DNA of 50,099 bases, the filler included, from Catajapyx aquilonaris (taxonomy: Eukaryota): NCBI GenBank assembly GCA_000934665.2. It is 2 parts of 2 records of this genome, joined end to end, with 100 filler letters (N's around TTAATTAATTAA, not from the genome) between each part and the next. Parts side by side here need not be neighbours in the genome. Positions count along the whole stretch, not along the records: positions 1 to 25,057 come from JYFJ02005443.1; 1 more part is not named here. One strand, given 5' to 3'. A program made the position numbers and the translations under genes. This document shows, in pieces, positions 1 to 10,581 of the stretch (positions are counted from its first letter, which is position 1; each line of letters opens with the position of its first letter). The notes under the pieces are model-generated. The model was not told the DNA's origin, did no database searches, and saw only the letters and a list, made by a program, of their open reading frames with translations.

Positions 1-239
1 TTTGTTTTTTGTGATTGCACCTAACATTATTGGTGGTTCTTACAGGTTATTACACAGGGTGTATCGCAATGCAGGAATGAGAGCGATCCTCTGCGTACAA
101 CTGATGATCCCGACTCTTCCCGCATTTCCAGCATTTTATAATAATTTTATAATAATTGCAGAGAGATTGATGCTTGGAGCTGGATGTACGACTGATTTGT
201 TTTGTACATTTTAAAATTATTTCAAGCTTTGTCGTTGTC

Positions 240-560
240 AACGCCATGGCAACCGTTGTCGTGACATAGGTTGCTGTGGAGTGTGGACTAACCAAGAAAC
301 TTTTTCAAACTTTTACGCCTGTCAGACTAACGTAAGCATATTATAAGATTAGCATCGTTGACATCATAGGAAACAGCTGGTTGCCATGGACAGACAAACA
401 AACAAACTTTTCCCATATTATAGTATGTGTCAGACTGTCATGTAATAATAAGATAATAGCATCAGGTGTCCATGGCAAACCATTGTCGTGTAAACCTGTT
501 GCCATGGACAAACAAGCAAACTAACTTTTCCAAACTGTTATGCATGTAGAGACTAGACGT
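240..560. repeat. Cluster of GTTGCCATGG/CCATGGCAAC motifs with ACAA microsatellite; also at ~5655-5710, 8590-9070 and 17200-17340
   Basis: Repeated ggttgccatggac...acaaacaaac blocks; homologous blocks recur in the tandem units. Confidence 0.6.
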
Positions 561-582
561 AAGCATGCAATATCAGCATTGA

Positions 583-645
583 GGGGGACACTGTGGCGGA
601 GTGGTTAGCGCCGCAGCCTTCCACCGAGTTCGATCTCCACCGTCC
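583..645 (+). mobile_element. Truncated tRNA-derived SINE head
   Basis: GGGGG start, A-box-like TGGCGGAGTGG, B-box-like GAGTTCGATC; no complete cloverleaf. Confidence 0.4.
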
Positions 646-1489
646 TTCATAGAGGAAATTCCTTCATAATTATCTTTGCTGGTGTCAACCTACAATATAA
701 TTAAGTGTGATTACTTCTCACCTCAAGAGGAAATTTTTGTCTTAATTACAGGTCGACTGGGTTCATATGGAACATTGCAAGGTGCTTTACTCCAGTGCAT
801 CAATGCAGATTTTTATTCTGCATTTTGTACTGTACTGCAACTGTTATTGCCAAATCTACAAAATGGTATTCGGGAAATAAAGCTTGAAAGAGTGTTGTAA
901 GGAAATTTTAAAATTAATGTTACACAAAGGTTTCACTTAAAATTTTATTTCCAGTACTTTTTTTAAACTGTGAAAATGAACATTAAAAACGTGACATTCG
1001 AAGTTTGAAAATTAATTTAAAGGCTACAATTTTTTTTTCCTTCAAAAATTTAAAAAGAAGCATCAAAAATATTAAATTCGAAATTTGAAAAAATTAACAT
1101 AGCCCATGACCCCAGGTCACTTTACAATTCACAGCCTACAAAGTCCTTTATTTATTAAAGTGACAAGGCGAAACAATGACAAGTTGTATATTTATAGTAA
1201 TTGCTTGCACATCACATTAATAATAATTAACTTGCTGTAACAGGACAGGTTATTGTGCATCTTGCTTAACAATCAATCACCAATCCTGTCATGTCCCCAT
1301 TGAATCACATTTTCACACACTCTAGAAAATAGACTGTGCAGCCAGTGACAGTATCACAGAATTACACACCTTGATGACCACAAGTTTTCCTAAAACAAGT
1401 GTCATTCCACTGGAGAAAACAGAAACCATCCAGCTTACAATTTTAATCCCGGCGACCGTCAATTCCGGATTGTGACAGCCCTGCACCAA

Positions 1490-1693
1490 TCATGCCTTGA
1501 AAGTTCGCACGACTCTCACGACAACCCGCCTGCAAATTGGGCAAGTGGTCATTTTCTTCCCGCAAGTCAGACACGTCACAAGGTGTCCGCACTCCAGCAG
1601 CACACAGTCCACTGGGGCTGCCATGCAGATCTTGCAGGCCTCTTCGTCCGGCAGGGGGTCCAAGGCTTCTGTGGCCATCATCTGCTCGGCAGG
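1490..1693 (-). CDS. Ankyrin-RING E3 ligase, terminal exon: C3HC4 RING of RNF34/RFFL (IAP-like) type
   Basis: [48 protein letters not shown]; acceptor cttcctcttcag at 1694-1695, phase 0, in frame with the upstream ankyrin exon. Confidence 0.8.
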   Translation of the reverse strand, partial: PAEQMMATEALDPLPDEEACKICMAAPVDCVLLECGHLVTCLTCGKKMTTCPICRRVVVRVVRTFKA

Positions 1694-1874
1694 CTGAAGA
1701 GGAAGTGCACATTTATTACACATTTACACCACTTAATCTCTATTTCCCAGCACACATGTAGCAAGATAATGAAGGTCACTTTTCCTTCAAACCTGAGATT
1801 TTGTGAATATTCCCACTGACTGAAACCGAACTGGTTGGGCCAAATGGTCAAGGCTTCCGCATATAAATCTATAC

Positions 1875-2438
1875 CTTCAAAAGCTTGGTGCAAGCATCAG
1901 ATCTTGCAAGGGCAAGGGGTGTCCTCCCACGGTTGTCTCTGGCGTACTTGTCTGCTCCCTTAGACAGAAGGAAGCCAACTAGTTTGGGTTGGCAGCAATA
2001 CGCTGCGTAGTGGAGTGGGGTCCAATCATCCCTTCCCTTGTCATCCCGCCCTGCCCCTTTCTCCAGGAGTAACTCCACAGTCTTGAAGTAGCCTCTCATG
2101 GAAGCATTGTGGATGGGCTGGTTCCCAAGCTTGTCCTTTGCCCTCACTTGTGCCCCTGCCCTGATCAGGAACCGGCACGTCCTCAGCTGTCCCCTCAATG
2201 CTGCCCAGTGGAGGGCTGTTCCGCCCCCACTGTCTGCCTGTTCGAGCGGCCACCCTCCACGCACCAGGAAGGCAACCACCTCATCTCTTCCTTCCTCCGC
2301 AGCATGGTGGAGTCCACTCTTTTCTAAATCACCATCCACTCCTACCCACCCTTCAACTCCGCCCCCTCCCTCCGCCACCATCCTCTTCACCTCTTCCAGT
2401 CTGCCTCTCCCGCATGCCTTCACAAACATTGACTCTGT
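1875..2438 (-). CDS. Ankyrin-RING E3 ligase, ankyrin exon 2 (~6 repeats)
   Basis: SGLHHAAEEG, TALHWAALRG, QPIHNASMRG, TPLHYAAY motifs; acceptor ctctgacag at 2439-2440, donor AAG|gtatag at 1874; 564 nt, phase 0-0. Confidence 0.85.
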
Positions 2439-2593
2439 CTGTCAGAGTAGAAGAAGACCAGTGTTAATGCATCATTAATTTTTATAAATAAATCAATAAA
2501 TCGAGGCATTGACAATCACGGGAAAGGTCGCAAGTCACAAAAAGACATTTTGACAGGGCTAGGAAAAGGAACAGATTCGAGAGAACACCATGA

Positions 2594-2748
2594 AGGTGTG
2601 TTTACATGTAAGTGATTTGACGATCAAAGTCTTCGCCAAGGCTGAAATTAACAATCGATTTTTTGCCTCAAACAATATTGGCTACTTGGCGGTCACTCCG
2701 CCTCGGCGAAGACTTCCCTCATCAAATCGCCCACATGTAAAGGCACCT
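2594..2748. mobile_element. PIF/Harbinger-like MITE in intron
   Basis: Imperfect TIRs AGGTGTGTTTACATGT / ACATGTAAAGGCACCT with TGA on both sides. Confidence 0.6.
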
Positions 2749-2994
2749 TGAAGCAGATTTTAATACACAAAGGCTTATTGTTATCGTTGGAAATTGTTTC
2801 AAAAAAAGCCGGGTAATTCCAGGGCAAGATGTCCTTAGGACAACACCCTCCCTTTTTTAAAAATTGATGAAACTTGGCAACATGGTTTCCTGAAAATCAA
2901 AATTTTTACCAGTTCTGTTACATCTCAACTACAGTTATTCATAGGAACTGGACTGATAAGGCCCTAATTATCGAAGGATGCTCAAAATAAATAC

Positions 2995-3579
2995 CTCCAG
3001 AAGCTTGACGACATCAACACTTCTCCCCTCCTTTGCGAGGTCAAGTGGTGTACTCCCCTCCTCGTCTCTGGCCAACCTGTCCGCTCCCTTGGAGAGGAGG
3101 AAGCGAACCACTTCTGGATGGTTGTTCCTTGCTGCATAGTGGAGGGGGGTCCAATTCACAATCCGATCCCTGGTTCCCTTCTCCAGCCCTGCCCCTTTCT
3201 CCAAGAGTACCTCCACAACGTGTACGTGGCCTCCCGCGGAAGCGCAGTGGATGGGTTGGTCCCCATTCTTGTTCCTTGCCCCCACCTGAGCTCCTTCCCT
3301 GATCAGGATATGGCACGTGGACAGGTGTCCTTCCCATGCTGCCAGGTGGAGGGGTGTCCAGCCCCTATCGTTCCCCTGGTCGACGGACCACCCTTTCCTC
3401 AGCAAGTAGGCCACAACTTCATCTCTTCCTCTCCATGCACCCAGGTGGAGTCCACTCTTTCCAAACTGATCCCTCATCCCGATCCACTCCTCAACCCCAC
3501 CCCCTCCACCTTCCACCATTTCCCTCACCACCTCGAGTCTTCCGTCTTTGCAGGCATCCAGGAAGATCTTCTCCCTCGG
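2995..3579 (-). CDS. Ankyrin-RING E3 ligase, ankyrin exon 1 (6 repeats); start exon further upstream not resolved
   Basis: TPLHLAAWEGH, QPIHCASAGGH, TPLHYAARNNH, TPLDLA; acceptor ccttatttacag at 3580-3581, donor GAG|gtattt at 2994; 585 nt, phase 0-0. Confidence 0.85.
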
Positions 3580-4144
3580 CTGTAAATAAGGAACAAGAAG
3601 ACCACCGATAAGCGTCAGCACCAATCCTTTTCCCTGAATGACTTGCTTCAAGCGCATGAGCCATTGGGTTCAGTGCTGGGCCTTTTATGCGCTGACAGTG
3701 TGCAAATCAGAAGGTGGCTGTGCGGACACTCTTGTGGTGCCACCGCTGCTTGTTGCGCTGCACCCACAATAAGTCGGTTGTTGAGATGCTCCTGCAAATG
3801 ATTTTGAGAAGATATCAGCGTCCACCCAGCCACACCCTTTGTCACCTCAACTTACTTTATCAGAATCTTTCTCCTCGCGTTTTTGATTCTGAAGGACTAA
3901 TGAGGGAGACACTATAAAGTCTCAACTTGCTAAGGTAATGCAGAAATCAACTAAATCTGCAGTGGGTGCACAAAAAGTCGGTGTGCTACAAAGCAATGCC
4001 CCTGTACAAACCATTAATTTCTTTGTACAGAGTACGACAGCATGTTCGGAAATGCCATGAACTAGTTGTTATAATGCCTATACAAGTGGGAAGTAGACAC
4101 CAAGTAATCGAAAACAGCATATTTTTCCACCAATGGGCCCAGAA

Positions 4145-4347
4145 ATTGTCTGTTATAGCCGAGGTGAGGTGAAAAATGGGTCTGCTATATCCGGAGTAAA
4201 TATGCACAGGACCTTTTGGAAGTATGCCTGCTGGACTGGTCCTACTGCCATTTTATGGCCTGTGTATCTTCCTACAACAGATCTCGGTTGTAAAACAGAC
4301 TGAATTCCGCAGTCCATTGAAGTCTGTTATATCCGGAGTCTGCTGTA
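4145..4347. mobile_element. Degraded Tc1/pogo-like MITE related to 33442-33597
   Basis: Shares gttatatccgga...ctgta end and ggaagtatgcc core with the 33.4-kb element. Confidence 0.35.
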
Positions 4348-4869
4348 GTTGGATATCTATGTAAACATGACTGTAACGTTCCTATACTTTACATACATAT
4401 ATGCCTCTTATTGTTTGCTCCCAATTCACCATGAAATACTCGGTTTGTAACCCAAAGCGCCATAAGACGGCCAATGCGATACTTGTGAATGCATAAGAAA
4501 TTGTTCTGATTCCAGGCTATGTACTCTACAGAGAAATTCTATGCTCTTTCATTTATGTCCTGGTCAATGATCATTAAAACCTAGTCGTGTCCGTGATAAA
4601 AAATGTATTTAGGCCTAACCAACATTCCTGATTTGGCCGGCATTTCATGGCCACCGCCGGACAGTGGCAGCCTTTGCTCCATCGTTTTTATAGGGTCCTT
4701 TTTTTACTATGGAATCAGTTGACACCGACTAATTTACCATAAGTTCTAGGTTGAAGCCTTATAAAATGACATAATTTGATACTGGACCAATAAAGAAGGA
4801 GGTTTTGTCCAGCCCTCATCGTCCCGCACCCAAGCCTTGCAGTGCAATAAAGTCTACCAATATTAGTGT

Positions 4870-5570
4870 GAACGTATACCCACGAGTGAATAAGTCTGCT
4901 GTACAGCCAGTCCTTCCTTCCAGACAATGTCCCGGAGGAGATCAACCAGCTTCGGCCTCTTACAAGTGGAGGAAGCTACTCTTCAGAACGCTTCAGAATC
5001 TGTCCCACTCGAAATGGCTTCTCCCCGCTGGGGCAACATACCTGTCTGACTCGATAAGGCTTCTCCCCGGCGGGGCACCTTATGTGTAAATATGGCTTCT
5101 CCCCGGCGGGGCACCTTATGTGTAGATAAGGCTTCTCCCCGGCGGGGCACCTTATGTGTAGATAAGGCTTCTCCCCGGCGGGGCACCTTATGTGTAGATA
5201 AGGCTTCTCCCCGGCGGGGCACCTTATGTGTAGATAAGGCTTCTTCCCGGTGGGGCACCTTATGCGTAAATATGGCTTCTCCCCGGCGGGGCACCTTATG
5301 TGTAGATAAGGCTTCTTCCCGGCGGGGCACCTTATGTGTAAATATGGCTTCTCCCCGGTGGGGCACCTTATGCGTAAATATGGCTTCTCCCCGGCGGGGC
5401 ACCTTATGTGTAAATATGGCTTCTCCCCGGCGGGGCACATTATGTGTAAATATGGCTTCTCCCCGGTGGGGCACCTTATGCGTAAATATGGCTTCTCCCC
5501 GGTGGACACCATATCCATCTGACGATGGCTTCTCCCTGGTTATGTTTACACTTCATATTTACGCGTTGTT
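4870..5570 (-). promoter_or_regulatory. 5' leader/promoter module of the ankyrin-RING gene, homologous to F-box 5' modules
   Basis: ccagacaatgtcccg...accagcttcggcc...agctactcttc...gaatctgtc..ctcgaaatggcttctcccc...tttacgcgttg also at ~8183-8400, 12040-12250 and 16350-16560; regulatory role inferred from position. Confidence 0.55.
5017..5504 (-). repeat. 36-bp minisatellite (12 regular plus 2 variant units); open frame 4976-5518 encodes (GEKPYLHIRCPA)n
   Basis: Unit ggcttctccccggcggggcaccttatgtgta(gataa/aatat). Confidence 0.9.
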
Positions 5571-5875
5571 TCTGCTGTTGTAGAAGAGGGCTATTCCAAC
5601 AGCCCGCTGCATTTCCTTATGTTGGGTCAAAAGGTCGCCTCCGCTAGCTTCTTCCCTTGATGCCATGGACAAACGAGCAAGCAGACTTTGTTGTTTTATA
5701 ATGGCAGAGATTTGTCACAAGTGGTCACAGGTCACATCACAATAACCCATGACCCTTATTGGATGTTCTTTTAGCCTCCCAGGTTACACCAAGAAATGAT
5801 AGGAGAGTAGGGTCGTTTTCATTGTTTATTAATGTATGTCTTACCCCACGTGAAGTATATGACTCTGACAACACC

Positions 5876-5953
5876 ACAAGTCTCTGTACCTGGGTAATTA
5901 GGGCATGAGCGTACCAAGTGAAGTGCCCTAATTACCCAGGTACAGAGACTTGT
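5876..5953. other. Perfect hairpin: 30-bp stem, 18-nt loop
   Basis: ACAAGTCTCTGTACCTGGGTAATTAGGGCA ... TGCCCTAATTACCCAGGTACAGAGACTTGT. Confidence 0.85.
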
Positions 5954-6149
5954 AGTGCACAGAGAAGAGGGGAAGAGACGCTTGATGCACCAGTACCGAG
6001 AAGCTCATTAGTGCGGTTGAAAGCATGTAGGCCTAACGTATGGGAATAAAATAATTCATCTCTCCAGTATTGTCGTGCACTACCTGAATTTTTGGAAATG
6101 CACATGACAACAGCTGAAGCTTTGAATATAATTTATGGCACAAATGATA

Positions 6150-6211
6150 TATTAATTACAGGGTTTGGAATTGCCTGTAATTACAGGCAATTCCAAACCC
6201 TGTAATTAATA
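6150..6211. repeat. Spacerless perfect palindrome, 62 bp
   Basis: tattaattacagggtttggaattgcctgtaa|ttacaggcaattccaaaccctgtaattaata. Confidence 0.85.
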
Positions 6212-6651
6212 ACTTATAACTTATAAGTTACAGCAGCATTCCAGTACAACGAAGGTCTGCAGTGTTGACAAGCTTCAGATGCTGCATAATTATTGAAAAG
6301 TAATCGCTGCAACTCAAGGTGGATAAACATCCATCATGTTTTAACGGACACAAAAACATTTGTTCCGATTTCTCACCTTTCTTGTTAAAGTGCTCCATGT
6401 GATGGCGACATCTGATGAGGGATCTTTTCCGGCAGCAGTGTGGGACATGTGCTCGGAAAACTAGTGGAAAGGCTGATTAGAAGGAGGAAGTTGAGGGATG
6501 TTGACTGGCTTGCAAATCACACGGATGTCAGCTTGAAGCTGTGAAAACTATTGCATGTCACCAGTTCCAAGAAGATTATTTTCCATCTTTTTATTCAAGT
6601 TGCAAGCTCATTACAATGCATGGGTCTTGTCAATTTTACGAATAAACTGCT

Positions 6652-7913
6652 TCATGGGGATTTAGGCCACATCAAGGCCACGTCAGGACAAGACCTTTTG
6701 AACTGAGCAATGGCCTGTCTCTTGTTAACACGACCACAACAAACTACTTGAACAGACTTGAGGTTTGGCAGAACTTTGATCAAATCATGGAGGCCATTGT
6801 GGGTGATTGCACGGCAACCAGCAAAGGTTAGCTTGGTCAGAGAGGTGCATCTCCCAATGGACCTCAGGCATGCATCATCAAAGTTGTGAGGGCGATAAAG
6901 TGTGAATGATTCCAGCCCTCTAGTAATGTTTGGCCAGGAGAACAATTTAGCGGTGACCGACTGGTTCAGGAAGGATGGCCATGCAAGTGTCAGGTGGCGA
7001 AGGTTTCCAAGCGAACCAAGTGCGTCAAGGGCTCTGTCGTCTGAGAAGTTGAATGGGAATGTTAGATAGAGATATTCAATCTGTGGAAATTGTGCCACGG
7101 TCAGATACGGCTGCAATGTGTTAAACCACCCAACTGCCAGCTTCTTGATTTGCTGGCCAGCAACTGAGGACAGCAGACGGAGTTCTTCTTCTGCAGTTGG
7201 TGAATGACTGATGTAGACCTGCTTCAGGTTTGGCCAAATGTAGTTGACAGATCCTGGATTGGCCCACTTTACTCTTCCTTCGGTCCATGATAGCTGCAAA
7301 CTGGTGAGGTGTGGAGCCACGCACTTGATGTCCAAGACATGGAGGCAGTCAGGTGGATACCTGCACACGTCAATAGAGATGTGCTTCAACTGCCTGCTGT
7401 ACATCTGGATCATCAGTTTCATTGTTTCTTCTCTCATGAAGGTGCTAAACTTCAGCTGCAGAGATGTGATGCCTGGAGCCACAGCATGAAGCACATCTAA
7501 GATCTGATCATCCTCTGGTTTGACGAACTCCCAACTCTCCAACACCACCCTCTGGACGTGGACCATCCGTCCCCTTTGCAGCTCCAGCAGCTTCACCAAC
7601 TGCTGGGCTCTGCTGACTGTCACTCTTCCACCTTCCTCAATATCCTTGAACCTCCTCCCATCCAGCCTGACCCCCCTCCAGAGTTCTTTGTCGTAGGACA
7701 GCCTCCTCCACTGCCTGCAGACTGGTGCAGCCCTCTTCACGAGCTCCCCTTTCGACAGGTAGGAGAAGATCTTCAGTGTCACCTCGTCAGGAAATAGTGG
7801 CCTACCCTCCGCCTGCGGAAGGAAAGGAAAAGAGGGTAGTAATGTCCCGCCATGTACTGCGTCCCACCCGTCCTCACCTGCTGCCGTCCCTCCTCCTCTT
7901 GATGGTCTCCCAT
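6652..7913 (-). CDS. F-box/LRR protein, paralog 1 (join 7913-7878, 7812-6652; ~398 aa)
   Basis: F-box FPDEVTLKIFSYL..ELVKRAAPVCRQWRRLSYDKELW followed by cysteine-containing LRRs; 65-nt GT-AG intron after MGDHQEEEGRQQ; AATAAA at 6590-6595. Confidence 0.88.
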
Positions 7914-9132
7914 CTCCTTCTGCAGTGTCCACCGCCTCTTCCTTCAGGACCACCCCAGCTAGTCCTGTGGGAAGAAGAAGAAGAAGGAGTGAGCCCCTCG
8001 TGTCCACCCATTCCAACCCGTGCAGTGTGGACATGGCCCATCTGGTCTCTCCAACAACAAGGAGTGGGACAGTAAGCACTGGTCAGGAGGCCTTGGTGGG
8101 TCAGAAGGTGGGTGTCGTACAGAAGGAGGCTGTGGTCCCCACCTTGTGCAAGTCTCTGTACCTAGTGTAATTGGGCCTAACAAACGTACCGAGTGAGGTG
8201 ATCCGAGTCCGTCCAGACAATGTCCCGATGATAAACCAGCAGCTTCGGCCGTCCTAAAAGAAGAAGTGGACAAAAGCTACTCTTCGGCAGCCACCTTGAA
8301 TCTGTCAGACTCGAAATGGCTTCTCCCCGGTGGGGCCGCATATCACAATGTCTCAATATGGTTTCTCCCCAGTCATGCTGCCCATAATTTTTACGCGTTG
8401 AGTGTACTGTTGTTATTTACAGGTTCAATGTGAGCTGCGTCTCTTTACCTGTAAGAACCTCTCGATATACGTTGCACAACATTTCTGCCTTGCCCCGGTT
8501 GCGACTTGTGAGCAACTCGTCTGGTCAGATCAACTTCCCTATTCATTTCTGAAAGGTAAACCTATTGCAGTGGAAATGGGCGGAGCAGTCAAGCCATGGC
8601 AACCGTTGACATGTACCCACGTTGCCATCATGGACGGACAAATAAACGTTTCCTGTATTACTGGTATGTGCTGTGTAAGACTGGGGTAAGCATGTCAGAT
8701 TAGCATGGTTGACACCAGAGAAGCAGGTTGCCATGGACATATATGTTGCCATGTCAAACCTGGACGAACGAGCAAGCAGACGTTGCTGTTTTATAACGAC
8801 AGAGATTGATGATTGGGGCGGGATGAACCGGCCTGAAGACCGGTTGCACATAAAAAAATTTATTTCAAGATTTTAAATATATTGTCCACACCATTGCAGC
8901 GGGGTGTTCATAGAAACCGTTGCCATGGATTAACAGAGAAACGTTTCCTAACTTTTAAAGGCTGACGTATAAGCTTGTAAGATTAGCGTTGTCGACACCA
9001 CAGCAACTGGTTGCCATGTCAAACTCGCTCGGACAATAATTAAGCAATCTTTGCCTTTTATAACGACAGAAATTGATCGTTGGGGCAGGGTAAACCAGGC
9101 TGACTTGTTTTTTTCGTAAATATTTTCTTCAA

Positions 9133-9340
9133 GAAGAATCTGAAGGGAGAGACTCGCAACTGCGAGGCGTCTGCTGCGTCTCCTTGTGTCCCAACAACAG
9201 TCACACTGGGACGAGGAGCATGCTGATCAACTTCTTCCCTATTCCGGATCATCCGCAGATCAGGATCATGTGGATGCAGGCCATGCTCAAGCCAAACCAC
9301 TTCAAGGTGTGCTCCAGCCACTTCCATTACGACGATGTGA
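9133..9340 (+). pseudogene. THAP-domain exon or remnant
   Basis: GVCCVSLCPNNSHTG...FFPIPDHPQIRIMWMQAMLKPNHFKVCSSHF matches the THAP C2CH signature; no ATG; possible acceptor ttcttcaag just upstream. Confidence 0.65.
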
Positions 9341-10139
9341 TCCGACGGAAGCAGATGTCAACTAGTAATTCGGCAAGAAGCGTCTGTTCAATTGAGACCT
9401 ATGCGATTGAGTCGTTCTGGAGTGGAAAACCTGCCACAGACACTCTTGAAGGGGGATTAAATTTGCAGCATGCAGATTTGGTATGGATAATATTCACTGC
9501 GGTGCTCTCTTTAATAAAAGTCAATTGCGACAATAAAATCGTGCTTAAACCTAGTCCGCTGATATACCAGTAGTTCTGCTTACTTCCGATGCAAACGGGT
9601 CAGCGCTTCTGAACTTTACAAATTAAAAATTAAGTTACAAATTTTTCTTATTTCTTATTCTGGTCACTGCCTATTGTTTTCAAAGATGGGGTCCATCCGA
9701 GATGACATTATTTTAATGTATGGTAATATTTGTCTCATAATTTTGTGGTTTACGTCAGCGGCTGGTAATTAGTTGCCTGTGCTGCATTGTTGACACAGTT
9801 TAAGGCACGGGTGTGCCACAGATTTCCAGATTTAATGGGCCAGATACCTGGACAAACGCGGCCACATCCGAGGGACAATGAATGTGAACATTTTGCACAA
9901 ATTTACCAAAAGAAAATTATTTCAGATCTTGTTGCAGTGTATGGCTCGGAAGGCTGATCGACATGAATGTTCATATCAGTTCAGTTCATTTTGGCGCCAC
10001 ACGAATGTAAATTTTGCTCGAAATGTCATGAAATGTCATGTCGACATCATTCAGGTTTGGCCAATATTGTGCTGAATTATTTTTGGATTCGCCTGTGGCC
10101 TGGGGTGGTGGAGGCCACATTGTTAATCGCTTCGGAGAA

Positions 10140-10380
10140 CAGTCGATGGAGCATCAAGCGCTTCATACCGGTGCGGCACATACTGAAAGGCGTACTGGTA
10201 CTACTTGCCAGTTGCCACTCGCTTGCCACTGGAAGACGAGCCACAGCGATGCCAGTCTGAAGTGCGATGGTACCCATAGCATCTGGTCAAAAACAAGTGC
10301 TTGATGCAGCTTCATGGTTACATATCTGACGAGGGATCTTTTCCAGTTGCAGTGTGCAACATGTGCTCGTAAAACTAGTG
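10140..10380 (+). pseudogene. Degenerate C2H2 zinc-finger remnant (paralogous block ~14450-14670)
   Basis: HQALHTG, HWKTSHSDASLKC and GPFPVAVCNM-like fragments broken by frameshifts. Confidence 0.35.
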
Positions 10381-10581
10381 GAAACAAGTGCCCTTGGAAA
10401 GGCTGATTAGGAGGAGGAGGTAAGTCACAAGGATGTCAGTTTGAAGCTGTGAAAACAATTGCATGTCACCATTTCCAAGAAGAATTCGCTCAATTTATTT
10501 TCCATCCTTTTATTCATGTTGGAAGCTCATGCATTGCATGGGTCTTAACAATTGCTCGCAGTCAAACTGGCTAATGGGGAA

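Noticed and set aside
3647..3664. MAHALE mini-exon with GC donor as the ankyrin-RING start
   Set aside because: In phase but a weak non-canonical donor; cannot be supported without transcripts
5017..5504. CRISPR-like array of 36-bp repeats
   Set aside because: Units are head to tail with no unique spacers, no cas genes, eukaryotic context
7914..8079. Hydrophobic N-terminal extension (LLLLLL) of the F-box 1 ORF as a signal or TM segment
   Set aside because: Translation of an intronic polypyrimidine tract; the spliced model starts at 7913. The same applies to MSEYALTLLLILPQ-type starts in paralogs 2 and 3
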